From Trueperaceae bacterium (GTDB lineage Bacteria; Deinococcota; Deinococci; Deinococcales; Trueperaceae), in the NCBI GenBank assembly GCA_965213705.1, contig OZ243913.1:480001-544000 (forward strand): a stretch of 64,000 nt of DNA. The letters run 5' to 3'. The notes below the pieces were generated by a model that was given only the letters and a program-made list of their open reading frames with translations, was not told the DNA's origin and made no database searches. The translations under genes and the position numbers were made by a program. Positions within the stretch are counted from its first letter, which is position 1. Every line of letters starts with the position of its first letter. Positions 1-9,909 of this stretch are shown piece by piece.

Positions 1-24
1 GCTCCAGTTTCAAGCTCGAGAAGG

Positions 25-396
25 GTGATTTTACTCGACACGAACGCAGTCATCTGGCTGCTGCACGGACACCGCCGCACGCAAGCCCTAGCCGCAAGCG
101 GCGAGCGACTTTATCTATCGCCTGTTTCAGTGCTCGAGCTTCAGTTCCTCATCGAAGTGGGGCGAATGCAACTCGCTAAAGACAAAACGCTTCAAGACGT
201 AGCCAACGACCCGCGCTGGCAACTCGACAGCCCGCCCTCAGACGCCCTGTTCAGCGCTGCTTTGGGCTTGAGTCGGACTCGAGACCCCTTCGACCGCCTC
301 CTCGTCGCTCACGCTCAGCATCGCCGCTGGACACTGGCGACGGGGGACGGGCAGCTCAAAACTCAGTTGTCGGCGGGGGCGGTCTATGCGTTGTAG
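25..396 (+). CDS. vapC: PIN-domain (VapC-family) toxin; presumed antitoxin lies upstream of the window edge
   Basis: LLDTNAVIW N-terminus, SVLEL, RDPFDRLLVAHA and LATGD PIN motifs; GTG start overlaps a TGA (GTGA at 25-28). Confidence 0.85.
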   Translation: MILLDTNAVIWLLHGHRRTQALAASGERLYLSPVSVLELQFLIEVGRMQLAKDKTLQDVANDPRWQLDSPPSDALFSAALGLSRTRDPFDRLLVAHAQHRRWTLATGDGQLKTQLSAGAVYAL

Positions 397-417
397 AACA
401 CGCGTTATAAAACACGT

Positions 418-1044
418 TTATAAAATCTCCAGCACCCCCCGCACGTCTTTGACATCCACAGCGTAGTCGGCCGCCTCTTTGAGGATGGGCTTGGCGCAAA
501 AGGCGATTTTGAGACCCGCGTGCTCGAACAGGCTGAGGTCGTTCGCGCCGTCACCGACGGCCACCGTGTTTTCTTTGGAGATGTTCAAGAGTCTTTGCAA
601 CCGGGCCAGCATCTGCCCTTTGGCGTCGCTCGTCATCATCTCGCCGCCTACCAAGCCGCTGAGCGCGCCGTCCTTTATGTGCAGAAAGTTGGCGAAGTCG
701 GCGTCCGCGCCCAAAACCTCGGCGTGGTGCCGCGTCGCCTCGCGAAAGCCGCCCGAGAAAATCACCACGCGGTAGCCTTTTTGTTTGAGGTCTCGGACTG
801 TTTCTAGCGCGCCCGACATCAGCGGCAGGGTGCGGCACAGCTCGAGCACCCGCTCGTAGTCCAAACCCTTCAAGAGCAGCACCCGCCTCGTCAAAGCCTC
901 GAAAAAGTCCAGCTCGCCCCGCATCGCGGCTTCGGTGATGGTGGCAATCTCTGGCCCTTTGCCCGCTGCCGCGCCCAGCACGTCGATGGTCTCGCCGTCC
1001 ATCAGGGTCGAGTCGAAGTCGAAGGCGCAGAGTTTTTCGTTCAT
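418..1044 (-). CDS. serB: phosphoserine phosphatase (HAD family, no ACT domain)
   Basis: FDFDSTL, FSGGF and VGDGANDL motifs; ATG at 1044 lies 7 nt after TACAAT. Confidence 0.93.
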   Translation of the reverse strand: MNEKLCAFDFDSTLMDGETIDVLGAAAGKGPEIATITEAAMRGELDFFEALTRRVLLLKGLDYERVLELCRTLPLMSGALETVRDLKQKGYRVVIFSGGFREATRHHAEVLGADADFANFLHIKDGALSGLVGGEMMTSDAKGQMLARLQRLLNISKENTVAVGDGANDLSLFEHAGLKIAFCAKPILKEAADYAVDVKDVRGVLEIL

Positions 1045-1094
1045 GGACACTATTGTACGCGGCTTGCAGCCCCAGGAAGAGGGTAAACTCGCTC

Positions 1095-2084
1095 ATGGCA
1101 CAAACCATCCGCTGGGGCATCTTGAGCACGGGCAATATCGCGCACCAGTTCGCCAAGGGCTTGAGCGACTTGCCCAACACGGAGCTTGTCGCGGTCGGCT
1201 CGCGCTCGCAAAAGTCGGCGGACGCCTTTGGCGACGAGTTCGGCGTCCGCAACCGGCACCCCAGCTACGAAGCCCTCGCCGCCGACCCCGAGGTGGACGC
1301 GGTCTACGTCGGCACGCCGCACCCGTTCCACAGGGACAACACGCTGCTGTGTTTGGCGGCGGGCAAAGCGGTGTTGTGCGAAAAACCGTTTGCCCTGAAC
1401 CTGGCCCAGGCGCGTGAGATGGTCGCGGCGGCGCGCGCCCACAAAACCTTTTTGATGGAGGCCATGTGGACGCGCTTTTTGCCGCACATGGTCAAACTGC
1501 GCGAGTTGCTTGCCGAGGGCGCTGTCGGCGAAGTGCGGCTGCTCCAGGCCGATTTCGGCTTTCGCACGTCGTTCGACCCCGCGCACCGACTGTTCGACCC
1601 GGCGCTCGGCGGCGGCGCGCTGCTCGACATCGGGGTGTATCCGGTAAGTTTCGCTCACGCGCTGTTCGGGCCGCCCGCGGAGATAAAAAGTTTCGGCAAC
1701 TTGGGCGCGACGGGCGTGGACGAAGAAGCGGCTCTTTTGTTGCGGCACGAACAGGGGCAACTCGCTTTGCTCGCCACCGCGACGCGGTTGCAAACGCCGC
1801 ACTTAGCTGTTCTGAACGGCACCTCGGGGCGCATCGAACTGAAAAACTGGTGGTATCCCACAGACCTGACCTTGTACCGCGACGGCCTCGAGCCCGAAAC
1901 CATTACCGTGCCTTGTCTCCTGAACGGTTACAGCTACGAGGCCATGGAGGTCAACGCGTGTCTGCGCGACGGGCGGCTCGAGTCCGACCTGCTGCCGTTG
2001 AGCGAAACCCTTGAGATTATGACCACGCTCGACGCGGTGCGCGCGCAGTGGGGTTTGCGCTATCCAAGCGAGGAAAAAGCTTAG
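1095..2084 (+). CDS. Gfo/Idh/MocA family oxidoreductase
   Basis: WGILSTGNIA, LCEKP, MEAMWTRF, GGGALLDIGVY; start moved to ATG 1095. Confidence 0.9.
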   Translation: MAQTIRWGILSTGNIAHQFAKGLSDLPNTELVAVGSRSQKSADAFGDEFGVRNRHPSYEALAADPEVDAVYVGTPHPFHRDNTLLCLAAGKAVLCEKPFALNLAQAREMVAAARAHKTFLMEAMWTRFLPHMVKLRELLAEGAVGEVRLLQADFGFRTSFDPAHRLFDPALGGGALLDIGVYPVSFAHALFGPPAEIKSFGNLGATGVDEEAALLLRHEQGQLALLATATRLQTPHLAVLNGTSGRIELKNWWYPTDLTLYRDGLEPETITVPCLLNGYSYEAMEVNACLRDGRLESDLLPLSETLEIMTTLDAVRAQWGLRYPSEEKA

Positions 2085-2158
2085 AGCACAATCCCTGGGG
2101 TGAGGTGTACGCCCTTCCCTCAAACCGACACGCGTCACGGTTAAACCCGCCTGAAAAA

Positions 2159-2174
2159 TGTAAAGTATTTCACA
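2159..2174. promoter_or_regulatory. possible CRP/FNR-family binding site
   Basis: TGTAA-N6-TCACA, one mismatch from TGTGA-N6-TCACA, preceded by AAA, ~50 nt upstream of ORF 2224. Confidence 0.35.
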
Positions 2175-2223
2175 CGACGGTTGTGGAGCGTTTTCTACAG
2201 CATTTTCTCAGGAGGTTGACACC

Positions 2224-2448
2224 ATGAGCGGCGGGCGGCAGGTTTTGCGAGGCGTTATCTATCTACTTTTGCTCGTTACTTTTTTTCTGGGCTGGCCTAG
2301 CTTTCACTATACGGTCGCGCTGATGATAGCCGTCATCATCCGCTACAAAGACGAACCCGCGGCTCTGTTCGCGTCTGTAGAACACCCGTTTCGGCCGACG
2401 CGAAAGGGGCTGCTCGAGTCCCTACCCGCCCGCGTGCGTGTCAAGTAA
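2224..2448 (+). CDS. small membrane protein, hypothetical
   Basis: AGGAGG RBS; two hydrophobic segments. Confidence 0.6.
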   Translation: MSGGRQVLRGVIYLLLLVTFFLGWPSFHYTVALMIAVIIRYKDEPAALFASVEHPFRPTRKGLLESLPARVRVK

Positions 2449-2486
2449 AACCCGCTACCGAAACTAGCTGTCGACAGTCGTCTCGT

Positions 2487-2753
2487 TTAGATTTTGGGCT
2501 TGACGAGGACGTTGAAACCGCGACCGTCGGGTAGCGGCGTGATGTCGCCGACGGGTTCGAACAAACAGCCTGCAGACGACGGCCACGCTTCGGTGTGTTG
2601 CAAACGACGGGTGAGGTAACTTTTGTAGGTGTTGAAGGTCGCGGTTGGGGCGACCATCTTGTGTTCGAAGCGGTAAACCCCTTCCGACTCGGTTTTGCTG
2701 AGCTGACCGATGAGGCTGGCGAGTAAGATGGCCCCTTCGTTTACTGTGGGCAC
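2487..2753 (-). CDS. hypothetical protein
   Basis: 88-aa ORF with GAGG RBS, protein-like composition, fills an intergenic gap. Confidence 0.5.
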   Translation of the reverse strand: MPTVNEGAILLASLIGQLSKTESEGVYRFEHKMVAPTATFNTYKSYLTRRLQHTEAWPSSAGCLFEPVGDITPLPDGRGFNVLVKPKI

Positions 2754-2985
2754 GGCGAAGCACCTCTTTCTTTTTTCATAAAAACCAGCTTAGCAACCGA
2801 GCCTTACAAAACTCTGACTCGCAACACCGAATGAAGGTTTTGTTAAGGCGCTCGTCCCGAGCCCGACTTCCAGCCTTTACGGTCCCGTCGTTCAGCGGCT
2901 GGTATGCACAAAAGCGAGTCGGTACACTGGGTCGAGACCGGCGCCGTGTTCGGAACCGTGCCGCTTCCATGACCAGGAGTCGACC

Positions 2986-3942
2986 GTGAGGATTTACCGC
3001 TTTGTGCTTCTTTTCGTCCTGACAGGCCACCTGTACGCGCAAACCTGTCCGCCGCCCAGTGACGCGCCCCTGCGCGTCGGTATTTTGCCGGTGCTGAACA
3101 CCCTGCCGGTTTTTGTCGCGCAGCAACAAGGTTTTTTCGACGCGGCCGGTATCCGGGTTGAACTCGTCCCCCTCGAGAGCGCCCGCGACCGCGCCATCGC
3201 CCTGCAGACCGGCCAAATCGACGTGGCGAACAGCGACGTGGTGGCGACCCTGCTGCAAGTCGCGGCGGGCGACAGCTTGAAAATTGTGCGTCACGACGCG
3301 CTCGCACCCGGCTACCGCTTTTTTTCCGTCGTGACCGGCGCGGGTAGCGGTTTAGACACGCCTGAAAAGCTCGTCGCCGCCTTGAGAGAAGACCGGGCGC
3401 AAATCGCCATTTCGACCAACACCGTCATCGAATACTTGGCGACGGCGCTGCTTGAAAGCGTCGGCTACGAGCCGCAGGCCAACGACTATATCGAGGTCAG
3501 CGCGATTCCGGTGCGGCTCGAGCAACTCGCCCAGGGCACCGTCCAGGCGGCGCTGCTGCCCGAGCCGCTGACCACCCTGGCGACCGAGGTGCAGGGCGGC
3601 ACGGCCGTGCTGGACGACAGCGCCCTGGGGTTCGTGCCCGTCGCGCTGAGCGTGACGCAGGCGGCGCTGGACGGACGCCCCGGCGACGTGTGCGCGTTTT
3701 TGCAGGCCTACGACCGGGCGGTCCAGGCCGTCAACGCCGACCCTGAAACGTTCCGGCAAAACGCGCTGCGCGTACCCGACCCGGTGCGCGCCACTTACGT
3801 CGTGCCTAAGTTCGAATCCTCCCGCGTGCCCGCGCCGGAGGAACTTCGAGAGGTCGAAGCCTGGATGTTGAAAACGGGTTTGCTCGAGACCGAAATTCCC
3901 TACGAGGACGTGGTCGACGGTCAATTCGTTCCGAGCCGGTGA
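2986..3942 (+). CDS. ABC transporter substrate-binding protein, NitT/TauT (NMT1-like) family
   Basis: signal peptide; LRVGILP, VAQQQGFF, ALLPEPL; AGGAG RBS; followed by ATPase and permease. Confidence 0.85.
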   Translation: MRIYRFVLLFVLTGHLYAQTCPPPSDAPLRVGILPVLNTLPVFVAQQQGFFDAAGIRVELVPLESARDRAIALQTGQIDVANSDVVATLLQVAAGDSLKIVRHDALAPGYRFFSVVTGAGSGLDTPEKLVAALREDRAQIAISTNTVIEYLATALLESVGYEPQANDYIEVSAIPVRLEQLAQGTVQAALLPEPLTTLATEVQGGTAVLDDSALGFVPVALSVTQAALDGRPGDVCAFLQAYDRAVQAVNADPETFRQNALRVPDPVRATYVVPKFESSRVPAPEELREVEAWMLKTGLLETEIPYEDVVDGQFVPSR

Positions 3943-3966
3943 CGAAGTATCAAACCTGACTTTCTG

Positions 3967-4749
3967 GTGAGTGAGGCTCCACCAAAGGCCGAGACGACAC
4001 CTCTTTTGCTGTTCGAAAACGTCACCTTCGGCTACGACCCGGTCAAACCGATTCTTGAACGCTTCACTTGGCAGGTGAATCAGGGTGAAGTTTGGGCGCT
4101 GCTGGGGCCGTCGGGCTCGGGCAAGACGACGCTGCTGCACCTGGCCGCTGGGTTGCGTCGCCCCGCCGCGGGGCGAGTTTTGCTGGACGGTCAGCCGGTT
4201 ACTAAACCGCGTCAAGACGTCGGCCTGATGCTGCAAAGTTACGGCCTCTTGCCCTGGTACAGCGCTGCGCGCAACGTGCAGGTCGGCCTCGAGATTCGGG
4301 GTTTGAACAAGCGGGAGGCCGCGCGGCGCGGCGACGCGTGGCTGGAGCGGCTCGAGCTTGTGGGGGTCGCCGGGCAATACCCCGGCCAACTCTCGGGCGG
4401 GCAGCGGCAGCGGGTGGCGTTGGCGCGGGTGCTGGCCCTGGAGTCGCGCCTGCTGCTCCTCGACGAGCCGCTCTCAGCAGTGGACGAGCTGGGGCGCGAA
4501 CGCCTGCAACGGCGCCTGTTCGCACTCAGTCGAGAAACGCAAACGACAACCCTGCTCGTCACCCACAGCGTCGAGGAGGCCGCGCTGCTCGCCGACCACG
4601 TCCTGCTCATCAGCGACCACGCGCCCATCCGGCGTTACGACGTGCTCACGCCCACTTTCAAAGAGGCCGCCGAGGTGATGCCGCGCCGCGACGACCCGGC
4701 GTTCATCCACTTCTGCCAGACCGTGCGCGCCAGGGTGGGTTTAGCATGA
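3967..4749 (+). CDS. ABC transporter ATP-binding protein
   Basis: GPSGSGKT, LSGGQRQR, LLLLDEP, VTH motifs. Confidence 0.95.
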   Translation: MSEAPPKAETTPLLLFENVTFGYDPVKPILERFTWQVNQGEVWALLGPSGSGKTTLLHLAAGLRRPAAGRVLLDGQPVTKPRQDVGLMLQSYGLLPWYSAARNVQVGLEIRGLNKREAARRGDAWLERLELVGVAGQYPGQLSGGQRQRVALARVLALESRLLLLDEPLSAVDELGRERLQRRLFALSRETQTTTLLVTHSVEEAALLADHVLLISDHAPIRRYDVLTPTFKEAAEVMPRRDDPAFIHFCQTVRARVGLA

Positions 4750-5492
4750 GGTTGGACCGGCGCACCATTCTCCTCCTGGACATCGCGCTTTTGCTGTTGG
4801 TTTGGTTTGCGGCGGCACAACTTCTCGACAAGAATTACCTGCCCGGCCCCGGCAAGGTCGTGGCTACGTTCGCGCTCGAGCTGCAAGGCGGCTTGCTGCG
4901 GCACGTCTGGGTAAGCACTTGGCGCGTGTTGGTAAGTGTCGCGCTGGGCGGTCTCGTCGCCGCGCCGCTGGCGATTGCGGCGGCGGAGGGCAAAACCCTC
5001 GACCGCTTTTTGTCGCCGCTCATCTATTTTCTTTATCCGGTGCCGAAAATCGTCTTTTTGCCGATTATTATTCTCATCCTGGGGCTCGGCAACCCGTCGA
5101 TTATCTTTTTAATCGCGCTGGTGGTGTTTTTTCAAATTTACGTCATCGTCCGCGACGCGACGGCCGGGGTACCGCTCGAGACGGTCGACTCGGTCAACGC
5201 GCTCGGCGCGAGCCGCTGGCAGCGGTTGCGCTACGTGTACATCCCGGTGAGCTTGCCCGCCGTGGTCACCGCGCTCAAAGTCAGCGTCGGCACGGCGGTC
5301 GCGGTACTCTTTATCGCCGAAACCATCGGCAACAACGTGGGCTTGGGCTACTACATCGTCGTCGAGCAGTGGAACCGCTTTGCCTACGCGAAGGTGTACG
5401 CGGGCATCCTGGCGCTGAGCCTACTGGGGAGCGCGCTGTTTTCGGGCTTGAGTTGGCTCGAGCGGCGGCTGAACCGCTGGCAGCGGCGCTGA
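4746..5492 (+). CDS. ABC transporter permease, NitT/TauT family
   Basis: hydrophobic; EAA-like loop LGASRWQ; ATG overlaps ATPase stop (ATGA). Confidence 0.9.
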   Translation: MRLDRRTILLLDIALLLLVWFAAAQLLDKNYLPGPGKVVATFALELQGGLLRHVWVSTWRVLVSVALGGLVAAPLAIAAAEGKTLDRFLSPLIYFLYPVPKIVFLPIIILILGLGNPSIIFLIALVVFFQIYVIVRDATAGVPLETVDSVNALGASRWQRLRYVYIPVSLPAVVTALKVSVGTAVAVLFIAETIGNNVGLGYYIVVEQWNRFAYAKVYAGILALSLLGSALFSGLSWLERRLNRWQRR

Positions 5493-5556
5493 GCTGCCTC
5501 GTTGTAGGGTCAATGACTGACGTTAGGCTCACAGGTGCCGCCGAACTCGGTTGAGC

Positions 5557-5634
5557 TTAGAGGCCCGAACAGCCTGCGAAACCGAAGAAGATTAGTCCGA
5601 AGACGATGAGCAAAACAGCAAGAAGACTGATCAT
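5557..5634 (-). CDS. 25-aa hydrophobic peptide MISLLAVLLIVFGLIFFGFAGCSGL (not in ORF track)
   Basis: TAAGGAG RBS 5 nt before ATG; TATAGT hexamer at 5656-5661 (minus); one TM-length hydrophobic stretch. Confidence 0.55.
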   Translation of the reverse strand: MISLLAVLLIVFGLIFFGFAGCSGL

Positions 5635-5775
5635 GTTCACTCCTTATCCATAGGCACTATAACTTTTGACGACGCGACTCGAGCTGCAAATACTCAAATT
5701 TGCAACTGCTCGAACCAACGGTGTGTGCGCTCGAGCTGCAGTCCGAAGCCTAGTCCGCTGCTATACTTTTTCGAC

Positions 5776-6690
5776 GTGACGGCCTCTTTTTCGCTGCGCC
5801 CCTGGCTCCTTGCCGCCCGGCCGAGAACGTTGCTCTTAGCGTTGGCGAACATCGGCATGGGGATTTTTTTGGCGGGCTCTACCGGGCAAGCAGATTTCGG
5901 CGTCGGGCTGCTGTGCCTGCTCACGGCGGCGCTGCTACAAATCTTGTCCAACGTGGCGAACGATTACGGCGACTCGGTTCACGGGGCGGACAGTCATGCA
6001 CGTGTGGGTCCGGCGCGGGCGGTGCAGAGCGGCTTGGTGAGTTCGGCGGCGATGAAAACCGCGGTCGGCGTGGTGGCGCTGCTGGCGGTGACGAGCGGCG
6101 TAGTGCTCGTGGTGCTGGCCTTTGGGCCGGAGCGCTTGTTACTCAGTTTAACGTTCATTGCCCTCGGCGGCGCGGCGGTGTGGGCGGCGGTCGCTTATAC
6201 CGCGACGCGCAACCCTTACGGCTACGTCGGGCTGGGCGACGCGATGGTGTTCGTTTTTTTCGGCCCCGTGGCGGTGCTCGGCAGCTACTACGCGCAAACG
6301 CAAAGCCTGAGTTGGGACCTGCTGCTGCCCGCCACGGCGAGCGGTTTGTTGGCGGTGGCGGTGCTGAACGTGAACAACCTGCGCGACTTAGAAAGCGACC
6401 GGCAGGCGGGCAAGCGCTCGGTGCCGGTGCGCGTCGGGGCGCGGGCGGGGCGGGTTTATCACCTGGCGCTGCTCGTCGGTAGCGCGGTTGCGGCGCTGCT
6501 TTACGTCTTTCTCAACTACGTTTCACCGTGGCAGTTTTTGTTCGTCCTCGCCCTGCCGCTGTTTGTACTGAACGCTGTGAGAGTGTGGCGGGGCAGAAAC
6601 GCGGCCGAACTCGACCCGCTGCTCAAGCAGATGTCGATTGCCACACTTGTCTTCACCCTACTGTTCGGGCTCGGCTTGGTGTTAGGCTGA
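5776..6690 (+). CDS. menA: 1,4-dihydroxy-2-naphthoate prenyltransferase
   Basis: AARPRTL, NVANDYGD, NNLRDLESD UbiA/MenA motifs; GTG 8 nt after TATACT. Confidence 0.92.
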   Translation: MTASFSLRPWLLAARPRTLLLALANIGMGIFLAGSTGQADFGVGLLCLLTAALLQILSNVANDYGDSVHGADSHARVGPARAVQSGLVSSAAMKTAVGVVALLAVTSGVVLVVLAFGPERLLLSLTFIALGGAAVWAAVAYTATRNPYGYVGLGDAMVFVFFGPVAVLGSYYAQTQSLSWDLLLPATASGLLAVAVLNVNNLRDLESDRQAGKRSVPVRVGARAGRVYHLALLVGSAVAALLYVFLNYVSPWQFLFVLALPLFVLNAVRVWRGRNAAELDPLLKQMSIATLVFTLLFGLGLVLG

Positions 6691-6822
6691 CCCTGAAGTT
6701 GAGTCGAGTCTGAGGCTCGGCTTTGTCGGATTGACTTTGTCACTGACAAACCTGCCCGTTTGGACCATACTGAAATCAACTCTCTTTTCCTGTCAGCCCG
6801 CGCCCCGATGCGCCGAGGTTTT

Positions 6823-9009
<2,187 letters not shown>

Positions 9010-9135
9010 ACGCGCCCTGACACCTCTCTTGCAGCCGTTGCCCATACCGGTTTGGGGGTTCGCCTGTAAATTGCATGAGATGATTGTGTTTGTGACGCTC
9101 GAGGCTGGTTTGTTAGTCGCTTTAGCTCGCCTCTG

Positions 9136-9600
9136 TCACGGATGGTTGTTTGGATTTTCAACCGTCAAATCTTCAGCCTGTGCCGCATTGTTCAGCTCCT
9201 TATCTGCGGAAACTAAAGTCAGCGGCAACAACCCGTATCCAAGTCTTTCACCCTTTGTCTCTAATGCAGCTGCCAACTGGACCGCGTCATAACCGCGTAA
9301 GCTGTAGGTCTCTGCTAGGCGTAGTGCTGTCACAATGACAGATTCGCTTATCGCAATGTGTGTAAAACGGAGCGGAAACTCTCGCCGCAAACGTCGTAAC
9401 GCCTTCGATGTTTGGTCGGCTGAAAGCGTCTTGCCTTTCTGCCTGCGAATCAAAGCCGCACAAACTTCGACTTCCGTTATCCTTGCCGCGTAAAGTCGGT
9501 TTTTCGCCGCTGGGCGTAGCAAATTCAAAACGTATCTGCTGCCGCGTTCCTACGCAAAGCGTTTGACAAAGGCACTGCTTTCAAGAAAATAAGCTGGCAC
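9136..9600 (-). pseudogene. vapC: PIN/VapC toxin interrupted by an in-frame TAG at codon 17
   Basis: GTG at 9600 reads MPAYFLESSAFVKRFA*ERGSRYVLNLL and continues in frame to LRGYDAVQLAAA and VSADKEL; TAG at 9550-9552. Confidence 0.85.
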
Positions 9601-9881
9601 TAGCGGCGTTCACGAATAATGGTTTCTGACAGTGGCTCGCCTTCGACCTTAATCAGTTCAAACGTGTCGAACTCCGCGTCGGGTTCGCCTCGAGTGGCAA
9701 TGTTACTGGTAACGCCTTTGGATAAAAGGTAACGCTCGAACTCGTCCTCGAGGCGTTCGGCTTCTTCGTCCGGCAGTGCGGCTTCTTTTTCACGCAGGTA
9801 GTTTGCCAACTCATCAGCCACTTGACGCGCGTCGCTCAAGGGCAGTTTTTGAATTTCGTTCAGAACTTCTGTTGGTGTCAT
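9600..9881 (-). CDS. putative antitoxin
   Basis: acidic 93 aa ending GEPLSETIIRERR; stop overlaps toxin start (TAGTG). Confidence 0.75.
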   Translation of the reverse strand: MTPTEVLNEIQKLPLSDARQVADELANYLREKEAALPDEEAERLEDEFERYLLSKGVTSNIATRGEPDAEFDTFELIKVEGEPLSETIIRERR

Positions 9882-9909
9882 GAGTCAGCCTATCAAACGG
9901 CAGCTACCT

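Noticed and set aside
2780..2985. Riboswitch (TPP/SAM) ahead of the NMT1-like ABC operon
   Set aside because: Conserved cores such as CTGAGA..ACCTGA (TPP) or ATC..GAG..GCAACC (SAM-I) were not found by eye; an Rfam scan would settle it.
9550..9552. Programmed amber recoding (pyrrolysine) in vapC
   Set aside because: No pyl genes in the window and TAG is used as a normal stop by many genes; a nonsense mutation is simpler.
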